Of a stretch of 60,721 nt of DNA, positions 51,481 through 60,530 are shown in pieces; positions within the stretch are counted from its first letter, which is position 1; every line of letters begins with the position of its first letter. Origin of the DNA: a virus. Lineage: Duplodnaviria; Caudoviricetes. The DNA lies in the IMG/VR virus record IMGVR_UViG_3300042503_002233, positions 1-60,721 of that record; one strand, 5' to 3'. The notes below the pieces were generated by a model. That model made no database searches and was not told where the DNA came from. It saw only the letters and a list, made by a program, of their open reading frames with translations. The translations under genes were made by a program, and so were the position numbers.

Positions 51481-51943
51481 CGAAGACTTCAACGATACCG
51501 CTGGCCGTTACGAGCTAAGCTCTATGCCGGCTATTCGAGAAGCGGCGCTGATCATGTACGGCCGGTTCATCGCTCATATGTATAAGCGAGAGCCGGACGA
51601 CGACGCCGCGGCAAAAGCTACGCAGCATCTCTCGCTGCAAGAGACAGAGAACATTGTCCGCGAGCACGCCTCCGTCGATGGCGAACTTTATGCCATCGGC
51701 GGCGATACAGCAGAAGAAGCAAAAGAACGTATTAATGGGTTGATGTTTGCGCTCATGGACCGCGTTATGTCAAACGTGATCGCAGAAGGCGTAAAACAAG
51801 ATTTACTCGACTGCAACTACGACGCAACGAAAAACGATTTTGCGTTTTCAGTCACAGACAAAGGTAAGCAAATTGTCGAAAACCTCAGAAAAGCCCGCCA
51901 CGACGCTGATCGACCAGATATTCCAAGAGATCAAGAATTTTGA
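51458..51943 (+). CDS. Hypothetical protein
   Basis: 161-aa ORF; start uncertain (TTG). Confidence 0.55.
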   Translation: MEPFRLFDEDFNDTAGRYELSSMPAIREAALIMYGRFIAHMYKREPDDDAAAKATQHLSLQETENIVREHASVDGELYAIGGDTAEEAKERINGLMFALMDRVMSNVIAEGVKQDLLDCNYDATKNDFAFSVTDKGKQIVENLRKARHDADRPDIPRDQEF

Positions 51944-52223
51944 AGCTCTTTGCTCGACGCTAAAGGACTATGGCGCCCGCGATTCAGAACCTGACGGCGT
52001 ATTCCAGCGTATTGTCAATTCCGCGTCGATGGGTGGGCAGCCCAGCATCCCGCGGTCCGGGCAAGGCTGGGAGCTTCTTACCCACAGCATGGACTGCGAG
52101 GCCGCCGCGGAAAAAATGCACGACCACGCCCTCAAAGTTGTACGCCTCATCGAAACCTGCCCTGTAAAAGATTTTGAGCGGCTTCGGCACCGTATTAAAG
52201 ACTATTGCTGGAGGCTATACTAA
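51840..52223 (+). CDS. Hypothetical protein
   Basis: 127-aa ORF; start uncertain; stop overlaps the next ATG (TAATG). Confidence 0.45.
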   Translation: MRFQSQTKVSKLSKTSEKPATTLIDQIFQEIKNFEALCSTLKDYGARDSEPDGVFQRIVNSASMGGQPSIPRSGQGWELLTHSMDCEAAAEKMHDHALKVVRLIETCPVKDFERLRHRIKDYCWRLY

Positions 52224-52456
52224 TGCGTATGGCATTTCACGGCAAAAAAGGCGACCGGGTCAAAATGGTATTTATGCCAAACGACCCAGAACCGATACCG
52301 GAAGGTACAGAGGGCACCGTTACCGACGTGCAGCACCTTGACTGGGGCCAAGATAAATTTTCACAGGTCGCGGTAGACTGGGACAACGGCAGACGCCTTA
52401 GTTGTGTTTGTCCGCCGGACCACGTAGTAATTATCGGCTCTGCGGCGGCTCAGTAA
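52223..52456 (+). CDS. DUF4314-like protein
   Basis: 'GDRV..V.M.NDP.PIP.GT.GTV..V.......V.WDNG..L......D.V' signature. Confidence 0.75.
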   Translation: MRMAFHGKKGDRVKMVFMPNDPEPIPEGTEGTVTDVQHLDWGQDKFSQVAVDWDNGRRLSCVCPPDHVVIIGSAAAQ

Positions 52457-54375
52457 CCAGAAAAATACTGCCCGCCGATGGCGTCATCAGCCCAGTCAAT
52501 ATCGCGCTCGGCTGCCTGTTGCCGCTCGGTGATTCGGCCGATGCCGGCGATCTGCGCAAAATTAGGCCACGCCTGATTTATGTGCCACAGCGATGTCGCC
52601 CCGAGATTGACCGCCTGCGCAAAGTCATCGCTAAGCAGCGTGTTTCTTGTGATGGTATAGATGTCGCCACCGAGGCGAGACTCCGCCTTGTTTTCTACCA
52701 ACGCCAAAAAGTCTGCAACCAGCCCCGGCGCGTCCTGTGACGACCAGTCGTACTGGAAAAAGCGAAGCTGCTTCATTTTGATCGCCTGACAGGTGTACAA
52801 CAGCGATCGCGTCTTATCGAGGCTGTAATGCTGCCTATGATTAATTTCTGTCGGCGGTTTGAAAACCATCAAGTCCTGCGACGCTGACCGGACAAGGCGA
52901 ACGGCCATGACGCGATCAAGATTAAAACCTGCTTGCACCATCACCGTCTCGCGAACCGTTCCCGCACCTGTGTAATCGTGCGCCACAAAATCGCATTTAA
53001 ATTTGTTACACCACTTCATGCACTCGACAGCTTCCTGCAGGTGATCGCCGCCGATCAGCAACCGCTTTCCCCATAAAACGTCAATTCGACCGTCAGGTAA
53101 AAAACCCATGACGGCGACCGCGGTAAAGCTCACGCCGGCCTCACCGCCACCGCCCCAGTCGATCGCCAGCACGCGATGCTTGTAGTTAAACAGCGACGCA
53201 TAAGACGCGGGTTCTGGCTCCTTTTTGTTTTCCCACGGCAAAACACACGCGCCTTTGAGGTCTGTTTCGCTGACAAGCTTTTGCCCTGTGTCGATGCTTT
53301 CGCCCATGACTTCGTTGTAAAACTGCGCTTGGGTCATATTCCCAAAGCCCTCGCGTTTTAGCAACAACGTGGACCATTTCTCAGCGTCGGAAAAGTGAAG
53401 CGGTAAAATGATCTGGGGCACGTGATAACCAGCAAATTGCCAGCGCCGTTCGGGATACCGGTGCACCCATCGTCCGTGCCGTGGACTAATAGGCTTCTGA
53501 CATTTTGCGCAAACAGTTCCGGGGTACTTCTCGCTGATGTGCGGAGTCCACGGGCCTATCATTGCGTCAAGGTCGTACTCAAGCGACGGGATGTTCCATT
53601 TCCCGCACGAGTGACACGGAATAAACCACTCGGCCTGTGACGAGCGTTTATACAAACCGTAAATTAAATTGTCGAAAGTTTTTGGCGTTCCTGTGAAATA
53701 CATGGTCGCCCATTTACTATACGACATCGTTTCTTGAATAATGGGCACGTGATCCGGGTCCATGTCTTGCACTTCGTCAATGCACACGCGGTCAGCAGAC
53801 ACACCGCGAACACGGTCCGCGTCGAGTTGCGCGAAAGAAAACAACATCATTGAGTTGTTTTTAAACGAGCGTTGCAGCACAGAGTTTTCTGTCGACGTGC
53901 CGGACCACAGCGCCTTCACGGGCGATTGATCAATAAACGGCCGCACATAGTTGTTAGAAAAGCGTCGAATCTGTTCGTACAACGGCGTGATAAATAACGT
54001 CTTGAAGAACGGAATAGAATTCGCCACAACTACGCCATGCGCCGCAAGGCTTGTCGATTTTGAAACCTGCCGCCCAGTACACCACACCTGATTCTTCGGT
54101 GTCAGGCATCTGAAAAGTGGTGAAAATGTGTAGTGATTCTGGAGAGTATATGGCTTTCCGTTTAGATTCAACACAAGCGGCAAAATCGGCTCAAGCGAAG
54201 GAAAAACACTTTGTCGTGCAAGAGCACCTAACACGCCCATGCGTGCTTGCATTGACTTATAATCTTTGGTGTCGATAGACGCCAATTCTTCCAGCAGGGA
54301 ACGAATGCCGCTGTTCGGCAGTTCAATTCCTGCTTTGTTATTCGCAGGCGCGTCCTGCGTACTATTAGGTGCCAT
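52450..54375 (-). CDS. terL: Terminase large subunit (GpA-like, with Zn-binding insert)
   Basis: Walker A 'TGRQVSKST', Walker B 'VCIDEVQD', motif III 'FTGTPK', CHSC...CAKC Zn site, nuclease 'LAIDWGGG' and 'DDFAQA'; start chosen at CAT 54373-54375. Confidence 0.9.
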   Translation of the reverse strand: MAPNSTQDAPANNKAGIELPNSGIRSLLEELASIDTKDYKSMQARMGVLGALARQSVFPSLEPILPLVLNLNGKPYTLQNHYTFSPLFRCLTPKNQVWCTGRQVSKSTSLAAHGVVVANSIPFFKTLFITPLYEQIRRFSNNYVRPFIDQSPVKALWSGTSTENSVLQRSFKNNSMMLFSFAQLDADRVRGVSADRVCIDEVQDMDPDHVPIIQETMSYSKWATMYFTGTPKTFDNLIYGLYKRSSQAEWFIPCHSCGKWNIPSLEYDLDAMIGPWTPHISEKYPGTVCAKCQKPISPRHGRWVHRYPERRWQFAGYHVPQIILPLHFSDAEKWSTLLLKREGFGNMTQAQFYNEVMGESIDTGQKLVSETDLKGACVLPWENKKEPEPASYASLFNYKHRVLAIDWGGGGEAGVSFTAVAVMGFLPDGRIDVLWGKRLLIGGDHLQEAVECMKWCNKFKCDFVAHDYTGAGTVRETVMVQAGFNLDRVMAVRLVRSASQDLMVFKPPTEINHRQHYSLDKTRSLLYTCQAIKMKQLRFFQYDWSSQDAPGLVADFLALVENKAESRLGGDIYTITRNTLLSDDFAQAVNLGATSLWHINQAWPNFAQIAGIGRITERQQAAERDIDWADDAIGGQYFSGY

Positions 54376-54567
54376 ATGCGTGACTACTATTCTGCGCCGG
54401 GGTTGCGCCCCGAACAAAACCAAAACGAAGACGAACCAGAACTGCAGTGGCTTGAAGACAGCATAAACTACTTGGTGACAACTACGTTTATCTGTATCGG
54501 GTTAATTTGCAAGGCCGTTTTCACAGGAATTGTTCTGGCTTACGAGGGGCTGCGTAAACAGCCCTGA
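54376..54567 (+). CDS. Small protein with hydrophobic C-terminus
   Basis: 63-aa ORF; ATG abuts the terminase start (CATATG). Confidence 0.4.
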   Translation: MRDYYSAPGLRPEQNQNEDEPELQWLEDSINYLVTTTFICIGLICKAVFTGIVLAYEGLRKQP

Positions 54568-54630
54568 TAGTTCCGGCTAGCAAGCAATGTGTATACTAGG
54601 CAGTATACCGTTGTTTGAAAGGAGTGACAC

Positions 54631-54894
54631 ATGCCACAAATGGGACGAAGCGCAAAACTGTATATGGAACGGAAACTGCCGCAATTTCAAAACACATTGC
54701 GCGGACCGGGACCTCAACTGTACCTCAATGACAACCCAGTGCACCATCTAAAACTTGAATCTCCGCTGCCACACCCCGAGTATTCCTACAACAGAAAATA
54801 CGTCGATGGAGGAAAAACAAAGCCATGGCCGGACGGAAATTTTGGCGGGAACGCAACTGGCGGCACAAATAACACATGCACCACGTGCTCCTAA
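54631..54894 (+). CDS. Hypothetical protein
   Basis: AAGGAG RBS; downstream of a TGTGTATACT motif. Confidence 0.6.
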   Translation: MPQMGRSAKLYMERKLPQFQNTLRGPGPQLYLNDNPVHHLKLESPLPHPEYSYNRKYVDGGKTKPWPDGNFGGNATGGTNNTCTTCS

Positions 54895-55085
54895 TGCCAA
54901 AAAATCATGACCTAAACAAATCGTTTGTCCAAATCGCCGGCGTAGTTATGCTTAGCGGCGTTCTTGCCGCGTTTTATAGCGGAATTGGTGGGTTATTCGC
55001 CGCCTGTTTTGTCTGCTATTTTATGCTCGTTTCCGTGAACGCGATCAAACGCGGAGAAAGCGCAAAAAAGAGGCTACAAAGATGA
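54894..55085 (+). CDS. Small two-TM membrane protein
   Basis: MPKNHDL... with two hydrophobic segments; TAATG coupling. Confidence 0.5.
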   Translation: MPKNHDLNKSFVQIAGVVMLSGVLAAFYSGIGGLFAACFVCYFMLVSVNAIKRGESAKKRLQR

Positions 55086-55480
55086 CCTCGCTGGATTTCG
55101 TCGCTGTTGTGTTTGCATCTGGCGCGATTATTGAAGTGTGGCACAAAGGCTCAATTTTTGAAACCGCGCGGGCATATGTGCAAACGTGGCAAGATAACAC
55201 GTCGCCGGAAACGCTGAAAGGGCGACTCTGGGAACTAATTATGTGCCCGTTCTGCAAGAGTTACCACATCCCTGCGTATCTTTTTTTGCTCCTCTTGGCA
55301 GGCGATTGGCTTGGAGCTACGATGGGCGCGCTTGTCCGCGTCGGCGTATACGGCCTCGCCGCCACAAGAATCGGGAATCTAATCGACGGCTTAGTGCCGG
55401 CCAGAATGAAGTATGATCCGCCGTTAATCACTTTTGGAGAAGAGCATGGACGTTCCGTCCCTGAATCAACAAACGCTTAA
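55082..55480 (+). CDS. DUF1360-like membrane protein
   Basis: Hydrophobic segments flanking 'ELIMCPFCKSYH'. Confidence 0.55.
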   Translation: MTSLDFVAVVFASGAIIEVWHKGSIFETARAYVQTWQDNTSPETLKGRLWELIMCPFCKSYHIPAYLFLLLLAGDWLGATMGALVRVGVYGLAATRIGNLIDGLVPARMKYDPPLITFGEEHGRSVPESTNA

Positions 55481-55874
55481 TCAACCAGAAAAACCAGCAA
55501 TCGAAAGCAACTCGCGCCTCCCGTACGACGTAGAACTGTACCGACAAGCAGAAGAATTTTGCGTCAAGGCTATTGAATCGCTCCCAGAACTTCACGGCTT
55601 GGCTATCGTACCCATCTGGACGAACCAGCCTGAAAATACGCCTCCCGGCCTACTCCGACTGCGCGATCCGTCGGCGCCATATCTGGCTAGTGTTTTGCGG
55701 CTAATGAGCCGGCTTGCCGCGTTCAACGTTGAATTGCACCGCGATTTTATGTCGCAAATCAAGATGTTTGACAACTACGCCGCGCAACTTGCTGAGAAGA
55801 TCAAAGAGCAAACAGACGAAATGACGCGCTTACAAGCAGAAAGGTCGAATGACGCACCCAACGGAAATTCTTAG
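55446..55874 (+). CDS. Hypothetical protein with C-terminal coiled coil
   Basis: MDVPSL..., GGAG upstream. Confidence 0.55.
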   Translation: MDVPSLNQQTLNQPEKPAIESNSRLPYDVELYRQAEEFCVKAIESLPELHGLAIVPIWTNQPENTPPGLLRLRDPSAPYLASVLRLMSRLAAFNVELHRDFMSQIKMFDNYAAQLAEKIKEQTDEMTRLQAERSNDAPNGNS

Positions 55875-56163
55875 CGCCGCAATTCAAGTAAACGCGTCGC
55901 AGAAAGATTTGATCCGCATCTTAGCCGCGCAGTTTTCGCACATGGAACAAGGCGAGGCGAGAACCGCGCTAGAGCGCCTGCATAACGTCGTTTGGTCAAA
56001 CGAAGAGCTTCTTGATCAATTTGAACTCTCGCACTTTGACCCGCCGTACGTACACGTGATCAGAAAAGCGGACTGCGTACGCGGCACAGTGGCTTTTATT
56101 GACTCGCCCAGACTTTATTTCGCGTTTGAACCGGAAGAACAGAATGACGCAAGAACGGCGTGA
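55849..56163 (+). CDS. Hypothetical protein
   Basis: 104 aa; 'F..P.V.V.RK.D..RGT..F...PR.YF.F' motif. Confidence 0.6.
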   Translation: MTHPTEILSAAIQVNASQKDLIRILAAQFSHMEQGEARTALERLHNVVWSNEELLDQFELSHFDPPYVHVIRKADCVRGTVAFIDSPRLYFAFEPEEQNDARTA

Positions 56164-56605
56164 ATACGACACCGGAGCGGTCCGAAGCGGCGATTGCGAG
56201 CAGACAAGGTATGACCTAATATCACCCATCGGCCTTGAGCGGTTGGCACAGACATACGCCGAGGGCGCGGCAAAATTTGGAGAGTTCAACTGGGAAAACG
56301 GAATGCCCGTTACCGACCTGTTGAATCACGCGATTGCGCACATCTACAAGTTTTTGCGCGGCGACCGAGCAGAAGACCACTTGGCGCACGCCGCGTGGAA
56401 TCTGCTTGGCGCAATTCACTCGCTCGACATGTGGCCGGAACTTAATGCCGGCTCGCTGCGGGGCGCCGGATGCACCTGCCCGCCAAAAGCGGTCTCGTCG
56501 AGTAAATCAGACGAAATCGTGATGGATATCGAACAAGCCGGCGAAAGAACTTTTGTCGTCGGCACATCTGCAGAAATAGAAAAGCTGCGCAAAGCTATTT
56601 CCTGA
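56144..56605 (+). CDS. dATP/dGTP diphosphohydrolase domain protein (DUF5664)
   Basis: 'TGAVRS....RYDLISP..L..LA.....GA.K.G..NW..G......HA..H......G...EDHLAHAAWN' signature. Confidence 0.85.
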   Translation: MTQERREYDTGAVRSGDCEQTRYDLISPIGLERLAQTYAEGAAKFGEFNWENGMPVTDLLNHAIAHIYKFLRGDRAEDHLAHAAWNLLGAIHSLDMWPELNAGSLRGAGCTCPPKAVSSSKSDEIVMDIEQAGERTFVVGTSAEIEKLRKAIS

Positions 56606-56661
56606 AAAAGCTGAATAAACAGGCCGAAATACACGGTCTAAATTTTTCTGCTGCCCGGGTA

Positions 56662-56689
56662 TTGATTTTTGTTTTACCGGGTATATGGT
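56662..56689 (+). promoter_or_regulatory. Candidate sigma70-type promoter TTGATT-N16-TATGGT
   Basis: Intergenic, upstream of the 56753 gene, which has an AAGGAG RBS. Confidence 0.35.
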
Positions 56690-56752
56690 GAAAACAAGTC
56701 ACCCGTTTGAAGGCTTGAAACGGTCAGGCCGACGGAACACAAGGAGAAAAAC

Positions 56753-57613
56753 ATGGCAAAGAAGCTTGGGCTCATAAACCCAGCACAGTTGTGGGGCAAG
56801 CCGTTACGCTCGGTAGCCTCACAAAAAGCCGAAGGAAAAAAGGTCACAGGGACGATGACCCACGACGAAGACGTTACGGATGACGAAATTGATGTCGATG
56901 CCGAACTGGCGCCCGCAGACGCTGAAGAAGACGAACTGCAAGCCATTGAAGCAGAATCTGAAACGGAAGTAACCGACGATATCGAAGACGGCGATCCAGA
57001 AGAAAACGCCGAAGACGATGAGCCGGAATATTCCGATGACGATAGCGACGTCTCGGATCAAACCGAAGACGCCGTCGAGGCTGATGAAGAAGTCGTCACC
57101 GCTGTGGTTGACGAAAACGAAGAAGAAGTTGGGGAGGCAGAAATCCCCGCCACTACAGGGAAAAGTTCTATGTCTGAAAAAATGAGTCTGTCTGATCACG
57201 TTCGTGCTGAAATCGCTCGTCGCCAGAAGGCCGGTGAGACCCCGATCCGCGGCAAAGATATCGTTGAAACGCTGGCTAAGCGCAAGCTCAATGTCAGCCC
57301 GGCGCAGGTCAGCCAGTTGCTCAAGAAGGCCGGTCTCGGTGGCCAGCCTCGCGGCAAGAAGGCAGAGGCCACTGTCGCTGCCGGGGTTGAGAAGAGCCGC
57401 GCCGCTGGCAAGGGCGCCAAGAAGAACGTCACGCCCGCGCCGCAGCCGAACAAGGTGGCTGCAAAGGCCCGTCCCGAGACCAACGGGTTCCGTGTGCCCA
57501 TGGAGCAGTTGCAGGCGGCTGAGGCTTTCGTGGCGTCCTGCGGCGGCTCGTTCCAGTCGGCCGAGCGTATCCTGACGGCTGCGGCTCAACTTTCGCAGAC
57601 GTTCGGCAACTGA
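56753..57613 (+). CDS. Bipartite acidic/basic protein, possibly DNA-binding
   Basis: D/E-rich N-terminal half; K/A-rich C-terminal half with HTH-like 'GKDIVETLAKRKLNVSPAQVSQLL'. Confidence 0.65.
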   Translation: MAKKLGLINPAQLWGKPLRSVASQKAEGKKVTGTMTHDEDVTDDEIDVDAELAPADAEEDELQAIEAESETEVTDDIEDGDPEENAEDDEPEYSDDDSDVSDQTEDAVEADEEVVTAVVDENEEEVGEAEIPATTGKSSMSEKMSLSDHVRAEIARRQKAGETPIRGKDIVETLAKRKLNVSPAQVSQLLKKAGLGGQPRGKKAEATVAAGVEKSRAAGKGAKKNVTPAPQPNKVAAKARPETNGFRVPMEQLQAAEAFVASCGGSFQSAERILTAAAQLSQTFGN

Positions 57614-57621
57614 CAGTTGCG

Positions 57622-57691
57622 CTAACCTACCGCCCATCAAAGGGGCCGGTCGTTACGGCTACAACCGACGATCGGCCCCGGGCGGGGTTAG
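57622..57691. other. Nested intergenic stem-loop (~70 nt), candidate structured RNA
   Basis: CTAACC(TA)CCGCCC pairs with GGGCGGGGTTAG and encloses GGGGCCGGTCGT/ACGATCGGCCCC. Confidence 0.55.
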
Positions 57692-57828
57692 AAGCTCTTT
57701 CACGGCCCGCTTTGTACGGGCATTGTCGCAGGCCCGCTGGCCGCGACGTTTTAGGAGGCCCACAGGTGCCTACAAATGATTGCCGCTTTGTGCGGCGAAG
57801 TGAACTTACGCCCGGCAACGTCATCGTT

Positions 57829-58062
57829 ATGCGACAGGGCACTATTAAACGTATTCACGTCAATCAGCACATGATCCGCCGGAACAAAACAACTGGCGAG
57901 CATAATAACGTCATTACAGTTCAATGGCGCAATAAATCGTACCCAGTCGAAAAGGTACAGATTAAAGGCCCGGCTGAAGCTATCTACTCACCGGAAAAAC
58001 CCTTGAGTTGCGGAGCCCGTGTTTGGGTCGAAACCAAGGGCGAAGTCATCGTTACCTGTTAA
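57829..58062 (+). CDS. Conserved phage hypothetical protein
   Basis: 'IHVNQH.IR.N.......VITV........V.I.GP....YSP.KPLSCGARVW.ET' motif recalled from large phages; start uncertain. Confidence 0.7.
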   Translation: MRQGTIKRIHVNQHMIRRNKTTGEHNNVITVQWRNKSYPVEKVQIKGPAEAIYSPEKPLSCGARVWVETKGEVIVTC

Positions 58063-58081
58063 AACCACTACAAGACAAACC

Positions 58082-58447
58082 ATGTCACACATCGTTCAAA
58101 TCAAAACCGAAGTTCGCGACGCTAATGCTATTTCTGCGGCCTGTAAGCGGCTGGGCCTCGAACAGCCCGTTGCCGGCCATCATGTTCTATTCGCCGGCCA
58201 GTCTGCCGACGGTCTGGCCGTAAAACTTCCCGGCTGGACGTACGCCGCGGTCTTCAACGTCGATACCGGCGCGGCCGCGTACGACAACTACAACGGCTCT
58301 TGGGGTCGGCAGGAGGAACTGGATAAGTTCCTGCAGGCCTACGCCGTCGAGAAGGCGATTTACGAGGCGCAGAAGGGCGGCTACTCGGTGTACGAGGAAA
58401 CGCTGCCGGACGGTTCGATCAAGCTTAACATCACTGTGGAGGCCTAA
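58082..58447 (+). CDS. DUF1257 (Ycf35-like) protein
   Basis: MSHIVQIKTEVRD...AC.RLG...QAYAVEK...EA.K.G.SV.E..L.DGSIKL signature. Confidence 0.8.
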   Translation: MSHIVQIKTEVRDANAISAACKRLGLEQPVAGHHVLFAGQSADGLAVKLPGWTYAAVFNVDTGAAAYDNYNGSWGRQEELDKFLQAYAVEKAIYEAQKGGYSVYEETLPDGSIKLNITVEA

Positions 58448-58451
58448 TTAC

Positions 58452-58643
58452 ATGTCAAAGATCATTCAGGTAATCGTAAACAACAAGGGCGAAACGAAGA
58501 TTGAAACGAGCGGCTTTTCTGGTAGCTCGTGTCAGGACGCCACCCGCGCGCTGGAGCAGGCTCTGGGCGCCAAGGTCGATGAGACACTGACGGGCGAATA
58601 TTACACCGCCAGCAACGAACAGCAGATCGAAGCGCAGAACTAA
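58452..58643 (+). CDS. DUF2997 protein
   Basis: I.V.V...GE.KIE..GF.G.SC..AT..LE.ALG......T.EYY signature. Confidence 0.8.
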   Translation: MSKIIQVIVNNKGETKIETSGFSGSSCQDATRALEQALGAKVDETLTGEYYTASNEQQIEAQN

Positions 58644-58659
58644 CTTACAAGGGGACTAC

Positions 58660-60156
58660 ATGTCGCTCGAACAGGAAATCAAAGAACTCGTCTGTGCCGG
58701 TTTTTCCGGTATCTGGGTCGAAACCATGGAATGCGACGACGCTGTCGCTGCTATTAAGAAGGTCTGCGAGGATCGTAAGTGGGGTTTCGACGTCTGGGAC
58801 ATCGACCGGCAGCTTTATTCCGGCATGATCGCTGCGCCGGGCCCGCTGCAGGCGATTCGCTCGATGGACCTGCCAAAAACAAACGAGACGCAGATTCTCG
58901 TCCTCAAAAACTTTCACCGCTATCTCCCCAATCCCGAGGTCGTGCAGGCGCTGGCAAACCGCGTCGTGCAGGGCAAGGGCGAAGGCCGTTATGTTGTCAT
59001 TGTTTCGCCGACCGTGTCCCTGCAGCCCGAGGTCGAAAAGCTGTTTACCGTGATTCATCACGAGCTTCCTGACGAGCAGCAGCTTAAAACCATCTGCAGC
59101 GATTTGTTTGCGGAGGGTTCGGCGTTTGAGAAGCCGACTGATGAGCAGGTCAACAACGTCGTCGATGCCTCTCGTGGCCTGACCCGACAGGAGGCCGAGA
59201 ACGCGTACGCGCTGTCTCTGGTGCGGCATAACAAGCTGGAAGCCGATACGATTTGGGGTATCAAGGCTCAGACGCTCGAAAAGAGCGGCACCATGACCCT
59301 GTATCGCGGCGATGCCAACTTCGAGAACCTTGGCGGCCTCGAAAACCTCAAGCAGTTCTGCATCCGCGCCATGCGTCGGCAAGGCGAGAAAAACGTCGAT
59401 AAACGACCAAAGGGCGTGCTCCTGCTGTCGCCTCCGGGCTGCGGCAAGTCTCAGTTCGCCAAGGCACTGGGCAACGAGGTAGGCCGTCCGACGGTCATGC
59501 TCGACTTCGGCAGCCTGATGGGCAAGTTCGTCGGCGAGTCCGAGGGTAACATGCGTCGGGCGCTCAAGCAGGTCGACGCGATGGCTCCGTGCGTTCTGTT
59601 CGTTGACGAGATCGAGAAGGGTCTGGCGGGCGTTGGCGCGTCCGGCCAGACCGACAGCGGCGTTTCTGCGCGGCTGTTTGGCACGCTGCTGACGTGGCTC
59701 AACGACCATACGTCGGACGTGTTCTTCATCGGCACCTGTAACGACGCCAGTCAGCTTCCGGCACCGTTCGCCCGTGCCGAGCGTTTCGACGGCGTGTTCT
59801 TTGTAGACCTGCCCGGCGACGAGCAGCGGCAGCGTATCTGGGATATCTATCTAAATCACTTTGGCATCGACAAGGCGCAGCAGCGTCCTGACGACACCAA
59901 CTGGACTGGCGCCGAGGTCAAGGCGTGCTGCCGTCTGGCGGCGCTTCTGGACATCCCGCTCATCGAAGCGGCCCAGAACGTCGTGCCGGTGGCTGTAACC
60001 AGCGCCGAGCAGATCGAGAGCCTGCGCAAGTGGGCTGAAGGTCGATGCCTGTCGGCTGACAACCCGGGGCTGTACACGCGCGTGGGAAAAGCCCGACCGG
60101 CGATCGCCGCAAGCGGTCGCCGTAAGATTGCCGCCCCGTCGGCGTCTGATAACTGA
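58660..60156 (+). CDS. AAA+ ATPase, Ycf46-like
   Basis: Degenerate N-terminal AAA-like domain; 'LGGLENLK', Walker A 'SPPGCGKS', 'KFVGESE', Walker B 'VLFVDEIEK', 'RFD..FFVDLP'. Confidence 0.9.
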   Translation: MSLEQEIKELVCAGFSGIWVETMECDDAVAAIKKVCEDRKWGFDVWDIDRQLYSGMIAAPGPLQAIRSMDLPKTNETQILVLKNFHRYLPNPEVVQALANRVVQGKGEGRYVVIVSPTVSLQPEVEKLFTVIHHELPDEQQLKTICSDLFAEGSAFEKPTDEQVNNVVDASRGLTRQEAENAYALSLVRHNKLEADTIWGIKAQTLEKSGTMTLYRGDANFENLGGLENLKQFCIRAMRRQGEKNVDKRPKGVLLLSPPGCGKSQFAKALGNEVGRPTVMLDFGSLMGKFVGESEGNMRRALKQVDAMAPCVLFVDEIEKGLAGVGASGQTDSGVSARLFGTLLTWLNDHTSDVFFIGTCNDASQLPAPFARAERFDGVFFVDLPGDEQRQRIWDIYLNHFGIDKAQQRPDDTNWTGAEVKACCRLAALLDIPLIEAAQNVVPVAVTSAEQIESLRKWAEGRCLSADNPGLYTRVGKARPAIAASGRRKIAAPSASDN

Positions 60157-60217
60157 TTTTCACAGATAAGCCCAGTTTCACTACGCAGTGAAAATGAGCT
60201 TAAACCAAAAAACACAT

Positions 60218-60529
60218 ATGACCGACATAGAAAAAGCACTTAACGACGGCTACGCAATTGTTGTTTACCCCAACGCGCTGGGCACAGCCACGCTCGCGCT
60301 AGTTGACGGAGAAGACTGGGCAAATGTCCAAATTGTCATGGAAGATTTGCCTGATGAACGAGTTGTCGACGTGACTAGACCTACAGGTCCAGAGGCGATC
60401 GAGGCCGGCGTTTCTCGCGTCGGCCGGAAGATGCGGCGCGAAGGCGAGTACGAAAACTGGGACGAAAAGATGAAAGAGTTTGGCTTGCCAAACGCGTCTG
60501 AACGCCCATCACAACACGCAAAGGATTAA
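60218..60529 (+). CDS. Hypothetical protein
   Basis: MTDIEKAL..., 103 aa. Confidence 0.5.
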   Translation: MTDIEKALNDGYAIVVYPNALGTATLALVDGEDWANVQIVMEDLPDERVVDVTRPTGPEAIEAGVSRVGRKMRREGEYENWDEKMKEFGLPNASERPSQHAKD

Positions 60530-60530
60530 C

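Noticed and set aside
52450-54375. Intein or intron in the terminase or other genes
   Set aside because: Motif spacing is normal and I saw no intein splice-junction or homing-endonuclease motifs
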